DNA of 64,000 bases from an uncultured Pelagibacteraceae bacterium. GTDB lineage: Bacteria > Pseudomonadota > Alphaproteobacteria > Pelagibacterales > Pelagibacteraceae. Made by a program: the position numbers and the translations under genes. Positions 59,600 to 64,000 of this stretch are shown piece after piece. The notes under the pieces are model-generated. The model was not told the origin of the DNA. It saw only the letters and a list, made by a program, of their open reading frames with translations, and ran no database searches. Numbering within the stretch: the first letter of the stretch is position 1; each line of letters opens with the position of its first letter. The stretch lies in contig CACKFP010000003.1 of assembly GCA_902599485.1 (NCBI GenBank), positions 1,726 through 65,725 on the forward strand. Reading direction: 5' to 3'.

Positions 59600-61810
59600 A
59601 GGTTTTCCAGTTGATAATGTGTGTTTAATTCTATCTTGGGTTTTACTTGTCTCAATTAATTTCATGAAAGCATCCAACTCTAATTTAAACAACTGATCTT
59701 CTGTAAGCGTTTTATCTATAGTTGTATCACCACCACTTAAAACATTTGCTAGCTCTGTTCCAACCATCATTCCATGATCTAATATAATTTTATCGTTATA
59801 CAGTTTTTCTAACATGCTAACCATTTTGTCTTTTAAAGATTTGCCAGATAAATTAAATGTGCATTCTTTTGGAGGAGTAAATTCTTTGTTTTGATCCAAA
59901 ATTTTTCTAGCTTCATTTAATAAACTATTTCTGCTCATAATTTTTTTATTTTCAGGGATTAAATACTTTAGAGGTTCAGCTTCTACTGGAGATGTTGCAG
60001 TTTTTGCATAACCAATGATATCAAAAACTTTTAAAGGTGCAAAATCTGGATCATTTTTTGCCTCGTCTGTTTGAGACCATCTCCATAACATTTCTTTACA
60101 TCCTCCTCCGGCCGGAACTAAACCAACCAATGTTTCAACTAATCCAACAACAATATTTGTATGCGAAGCAACAAAGTTACTTTGAACTAAAACTTCAAAA
60201 CCCCCTCCAAGTGTAAGACCTGATGGTGCTGAAACTACTGGAAATTTTGAGTATTTTAAGTGTTTGCATGTTTCTTGAAAATAACCGACAAATTTTTCTA
60301 TTGATTTAAAGTCACCTTTATCTGCAAAATTCATAGTATATGTTAAATTAACACCAGCAGAAAACTGCATACTTTCATTAATAATTATCAATGGTTTGTC
60401 TGTAGCGTTTTTTAAAGAGTCCATTGAGTCATAATCCAACGCGTTTGCTTTAGTTGTAAATTCGACAATGTTAAATTCAGGAAATCTGTAAATTTCAGCA
60501 GAATTATTTTTATCAAGTTTAAGGGCTCTTGGTTTAATTTTTCCTAAAGTTTCAATTTCAGTATATTGTTGTCTTTCACCATAAAAATTTTCATCTTTGG
60601 ATTTTGATAAATTTTCTAAAAATTTATTTCCCTCAAAATTATCAATTTTTTGAAAAAAATTATTTACTCCAATTTCTTTTAACATTTCAAAAGGCCCTCT
60701 AGACCAATTGAAGCCAAGCCTCATTGCTTCATCAATGTCGTTAAATTTATCTGTAATGCCTGGAACTAATGAAGAAGAATATTTTATTATTTTAGAAATT
60801 ACTGACCAAGCATAATCTCCATATTTATCTCCACGATTAATTAATTTTTTTAAATCAACTTTTTCAGATTTAATATCTATTTTTTTTGAGGGAGAATATT
60901 CCCCAGTTTCAAGATTGATGGCCTCTAAAATTTTCTTACCACCCTCTTTATTCATTCTATAAAATCCACCTTTTCCTTTTCTACCAGTATATCCAGTTTC
61001 TATTAATTTTTTTACAAGTGGCATTTCTCTTGCTACAGGTTGAAATGGATCGTTTTCAGGTAATTCTTTAATAAAACTTTTTAATACATCTGCCATTAAA
61101 TCAATACCAATTAGGTCATACAATCCAAATACTCCAGTTTTAGGTATTCCCATTGGTCTGCCAAAGACAGCGTCCGCCTCTTCTACACTGAGTTTCATTT
61201 TAAATGCTTCTGTCATTGCAATTTGCATTGCGTAAACTCCAATTCTATTACCTAAAAATCCTGGAGTGTCATTACAGATAATTGCACCTTTACCTAAGTC
61301 TATTTCACAAAAGTCTTTTAAAAGTTTAACTTTATCTAAATCACTTTCATTGCTTTTTACTATTTCAAGTAAATCCATGTATCTAACAGGATTAAAGAAG
61401 TGAGTTATACAGAAATCCTTTTTGTCTTGATCGGATAATTTTTCTGATAGAACACTTATTGGAATAGATGAGGTATTAGATGAAACAACAGACTCTTTTT
61501 TTCTATGTTTAAAAATTTTTTCGTAAATATTATGTTTTATATCTATTCTTTCTACAACAGCTTCTACAATCCAATCTGCATTCGAAACCACATCAAAGTT
61601 TTCTTCAATGTTTCCTACATGTATGTTATCTAATTTTGATTTATCTATTAACAAAGGAGGTCTAGATTTTCCTATTCTCTCTTTAGCCTTTTGACTAATT
61701 TCTGTAGTTAAATCCAACAAAGTAACAGGAACATTTGCGTTACATAAATGTGCAGCTATACCGCTCCCCATTGTTCCAGAACCAATTACAACTACATTAT
61801 TTATTTTCAT
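59588..61810 (-). CDS. 3-hydroxyacyl-CoA dehydrogenase / enoyl-CoA hydratase fusion (FadN-like)
   Basis: GSGTMGSGIA, EAVVE, SNTS, HFFNP.RY, then FSAGVNL, LGGG.E and GL.P.GGG hydratase motifs. Confidence 0.92.
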   Translation of the reverse strand: MKINNVVVIGSGTMGSGIAAHLCNANVPVTLLDLTTEISQKAKERIGKSRPPLLIDKSKLDNIHVGNIEENFDVVSNADWIVEAVVERIDIKHNIYEKIFKHRKKESVVSSNTSSIPISVLSEKLSDQDKKDFCITHFFNPVRYMDLLEIVKSNESDLDKVKLLKDFCEIDLGKGAIICNDTPGFLGNRIGVYAMQIAMTEAFKMKLSVEEADAVFGRPMGIPKTGVFGLYDLIGIDLMADVLKSFIKELPENDPFQPVAREMPLVKKLIETGYTGRKGKGGFYRMNKEGGKKILEAINLETGEYSPSKKIDIKSEKVDLKKLINRGDKYGDYAWSVISKIIKYSSSLVPGITDKFNDIDEAMRLGFNWSRGPFEMLKEIGVNNFFQKIDNFEGNKFLENLSKSKDENFYGERQQYTEIETLGKIKPRALKLDKNNSAEIYRFPEFNIVEFTTKANALDYDSMDSLKNATDKPLIIINESMQFSAGVNLTYTMNFADKGDFKSIEKFVGYFQETCKHLKYSKFPVVSAPSGLTLGGGFEVLVQSNFVASHTNIVVGLVETLVGLVPAGGGCKEMLWRWSQTDEAKNDPDFAPLKVFDIIGYAKTATSPVEAEPLKYLIPENKKIMSRNSLLNEARKILDQNKEFTPPKECTFNLSGKSLKDKMVSMLEKLYNDKIILDHGMMVGTELANVLSGGDTTIDKTLTEDQLFKLELDAFMKLIETSKTQDRIKHTLSTGKPLVN

Positions 61811-61867
61811 AAAGAAGATTTCTTATATTAAATTGAGACTGAGTAGGAAATAAAATAAATGTCATAA

Positions 61868-63895
61868 CTACTGCTGTAAACTTGCTAATTCATCAATATT
61901 AATATGACATCTAATAGCGTTACCATTTTCACCAATTTGCCATGGTGGAACCTCTAAATTACAAATATCGCCTATTTTCCTAGGGCATCTTCCTTGAAAA
62001 GAACAGCCTTTCTCAGGGGGTTTTTCCTCTACTATATCCTCAGCTACTAATTTTGGTTTTATATCTGGATCTGGTTCCAAAACAGCACCTAATAATACTT
62101 CAGTATAAGGATGTGATGGAAATTTGTAGACATTTTGAGAAGGACCAATTTCACATAATCTTCCTTGATATAAGACTGCAACTCTATCACTAATTGCTCT
62201 AACAACAGCCAAATCATGAGAAACAAATACATAGGTTGTTCCTAGATCTTCTTTTAATTGCTGTAATAAGTTTAAAACAGCTGCTTGAACCGAAACATCT
62301 AAAGCTGATGTAACCTCATCGCACAAAATTATATCTGGCTTAGCAGCAAATGCTCTTGCAACTGCAACTCTTTGTTTCTCACCGCCTGATAATTGTCTCG
62401 GGTATCTTGACATATAAAATTCTCCTAACCTTACTTTTTTTAGTAGATCGATTATATTTTTTTTTAATTCTTCTCCTGATAAATTAAAATACAACTTTAA
62501 AGGTTGAGAAAGTATTTGCTCAACTGTATGGTTTGGATTTAATGACTCATCCGGATTTTGAAATATGAGCTGTATTGCTCGCAGATCATTTGGATTTCTC
62601 ATTTTTAAATCAGAAGATAATATACGATCATTTTCAAATTTAATTTGACCATCTTTTGTTTTGAGTAAACCAGCAATTGATTTTAAGATAGTAGATTTAC
62701 CACTTCCAGACTCACCAACCAGTGCAATAGTCTCTCCTTTTTTTATATCTATATTTATATCTTTAACTGTTGGGTTTTGATCAGAGATTTTATTTAATAA
62801 TTGATCAAAAAATTTCTGCTTTGCATAACTAATTGAAACATCCTTTAATTTTAAAACTTCAATTGCTTCACTGTTATTTGATTGTTTTGTTATTGAAGTT
62901 TGTAAATTATTATTTTGATTTATTAATTCTTTATGATTAAAGCATCTGACATTGGTATCTAATTCTTTAATATGTTCCAGATCTGGTGAATTTTTTTTAC
63001 AATGATCAGTTGCTAAGTTACATCTATCAAAAAAACTACAACCTTCATTTATGCTTCCAGGCTGAGGTTGGCTTCCTGGCATAGAAGCTGGAAGTCCAGC
63101 TAATGAGAGTTTAGGTATCGATTTTAACAATCCATAAGTATAAGGATGAATAGGTTCCTTTAATATTTTTCTTGCTGGTCCTTCTAAAACAATTTCTCCC
63201 GCATACATTACAACTATTCTATCACTGACTTGTGCTATAGCTCCAAGGTCATGACTAACATAGATCATAGATGTTCCAGTATCTTTTGCTATAAATCTTA
63301 ATAGTTCTAATACATGCGCTTGTGTTGTAACGTCTAATCCAGTAGTTGGCTCATCTAATAAAAGTAAATCTGGTTTGCCAGCCAATGCCATTGCGACAGC
63401 CACTCTTTGTTGCTGCCCTCCAGAAAGCTCGTGTGGATAACGAAAAGCCATAGTTTCTGGTGAAGGAAGTCTAACTTTATTTAGTAACTCCGAAATTTTT
63501 TTATCTCTCTCTGTTTTATTTAGATCTGTATGTAATCTTAATGCTTCATCAATTTGGTATCCAATTTTTAAATTAGGTGTTAGTGCTTGTCCTGCATTTT
63601 GAGGTATCATGGCTATTTTTCTACCTCTAATTTTTTCTAGCTGTCTACTGCTCATCTTCAATAAATCCTCAGATTTAAAGAGGCATTCACCCTTAAGAGG
63701 AAATAAGCCTTGTTTTATATAGCCCATCATTGCAAGTGCTAATGTGCTTTTTCCAGAACCCGACTCCCCTACGATCCCTACAGTCTCTCCTTTCTTAATG
63801 TTGGTTGAAACATTTCTAAGTATTGAAATTTGTTTGCCCTTTTGACTATTAAATCCAATTGATAAATTTTTAACACTTTCAATTATTTCGCTCAT
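61868..63895 (-). CDS. Peptide/nickel ABC transporter fused double ATPase (DppD/F-like)
   Basis: Two GESGSGKST Walker A motifs, two LSGG signatures, HPYT..LL and Cys-rich C-terminal motifs. Confidence 0.93.
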   Translation of the reverse strand: MSEIIESVKNLSIGFNSQKGKQISILRNVSTNIKKGETVGIVGESGSGKSTLALAMMGYIKQGLFPLKGECLFKSEDLLKMSSRQLEKIRGRKIAMIPQNAGQALTPNLKIGYQIDEALRLHTDLNKTERDKKISELLNKVRLPSPETMAFRYPHELSGGQQQRVAVAMALAGKPDLLLLDEPTTGLDVTTQAHVLELLRFIAKDTGTSMIYVSHDLGAIAQVSDRIVVMYAGEIVLEGPARKILKEPIHPYTYGLLKSIPKLSLAGLPASMPGSQPQPGSINEGCSFFDRCNLATDHCKKNSPDLEHIKELDTNVRCFNHKELINQNNNLQTSITKQSNNSEAIEVLKLKDVSISYAKQKFFDQLLNKISDQNPTVKDINIDIKKGETIALVGESGSGKSTILKSIAGLLKTKDGQIKFENDRILSSDLKMRNPNDLRAIQLIFQNPDESLNPNHTVEQILSQPLKLYFNLSGEELKKNIIDLLKKVRLGEFYMSRYPRQLSGGEKQRVAVARAFAAKPDIILCDEVTSALDVSVQAAVLNLLQQLKEDLGTTYVFVSHDLAVVRAISDRVAVLYQGRLCEIGPSQNVYKFPSHPYTEVLLGAVLEPDPDIKPKLVAEDIVEEKPPEKGCSFQGRCPRKIGDICNLEVPPWQIGENGNAIRCHINIDELASLQQ

Positions 63896-64000
63896 TTAAA
63901 CAGGTGCCTTTGTTGAACGATCAATTCCTAAAGCTTTTGCAAATGCATCAGCTGTTAAATTTATTCCAATAATTAACGAACTTAATCCTACTATTGGAGC
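63896..64000 (-). CDS. 3' end of a peptide ABC permease (DppC-like), truncated by window edge
   Basis: APIVGLSSLIIGINLTADAFAKALGIDRSTKAPV*; 'P........NL..D' DppC C-terminal pattern; abuts the ATPase start. Confidence 0.75.
   Translation of the reverse strand, partial: APIVGLSSLIIGINLTADAFAKALGIDRSTKAPV

Noticed and set aside
1-64000. Searched by eye for tRNA/rRNA, CRISPR arrays, transposases, integrases and defence systems
   Set aside because: None seen. Intergenic gaps are mostly under about 140 bp and no ORF has such motifs; a very short ncRNA could still be missed without covariance-model searches.

Overview
AT-rich (roughly 30% GC by eye), very gene-dense bacterial chromosome segment with tiny or overlapping intergenic spaces. 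Gene content and style point to a marine Pelagibacterales (SAR11)-type alphaproteobacterium (inference). About 9-45 kb is a methylated-amine/C1 catabolic supercluster: heterotetrameric sarcosine-oxidase-type soxBDAG (probably N-methylglutamate dehydrogenase), fhs, tmm, a TmoXWV-like TMAO ABC transporter, tdm, mgsABC, a divergent Amt and gmaS. No dimethylamine monooxygenase (dmmABCD) is visible in the window. Instead, an uncharacterised FAD amine oxidoreductase plus a second, divergent glutamine-synthetase-family ligase lie between tdm and mgsABC. This pair is my best candidate for an undescribed system: a gamma-glutamylation-based dimethylamine route. Also present: a sugar ABC plus GH63 hydrolase module, a dipeptidase/hypothetical/DUF3726-like operon, purEK, an SRAP gene, a photolyase, acnA, a frameshifted LysE gene, an agmatinase-family gene with an aldehyde dehydrogenase, a fused fatty-acid oxidation enzyme and part of a peptide ABC operon. 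Three small ORFs missing from the ORF track were found by hand. I saw no rRNA, tRNA, CRISPR array, IS element or prophage. Product calls come from motifs and recalled family resemblance, not from database searches.
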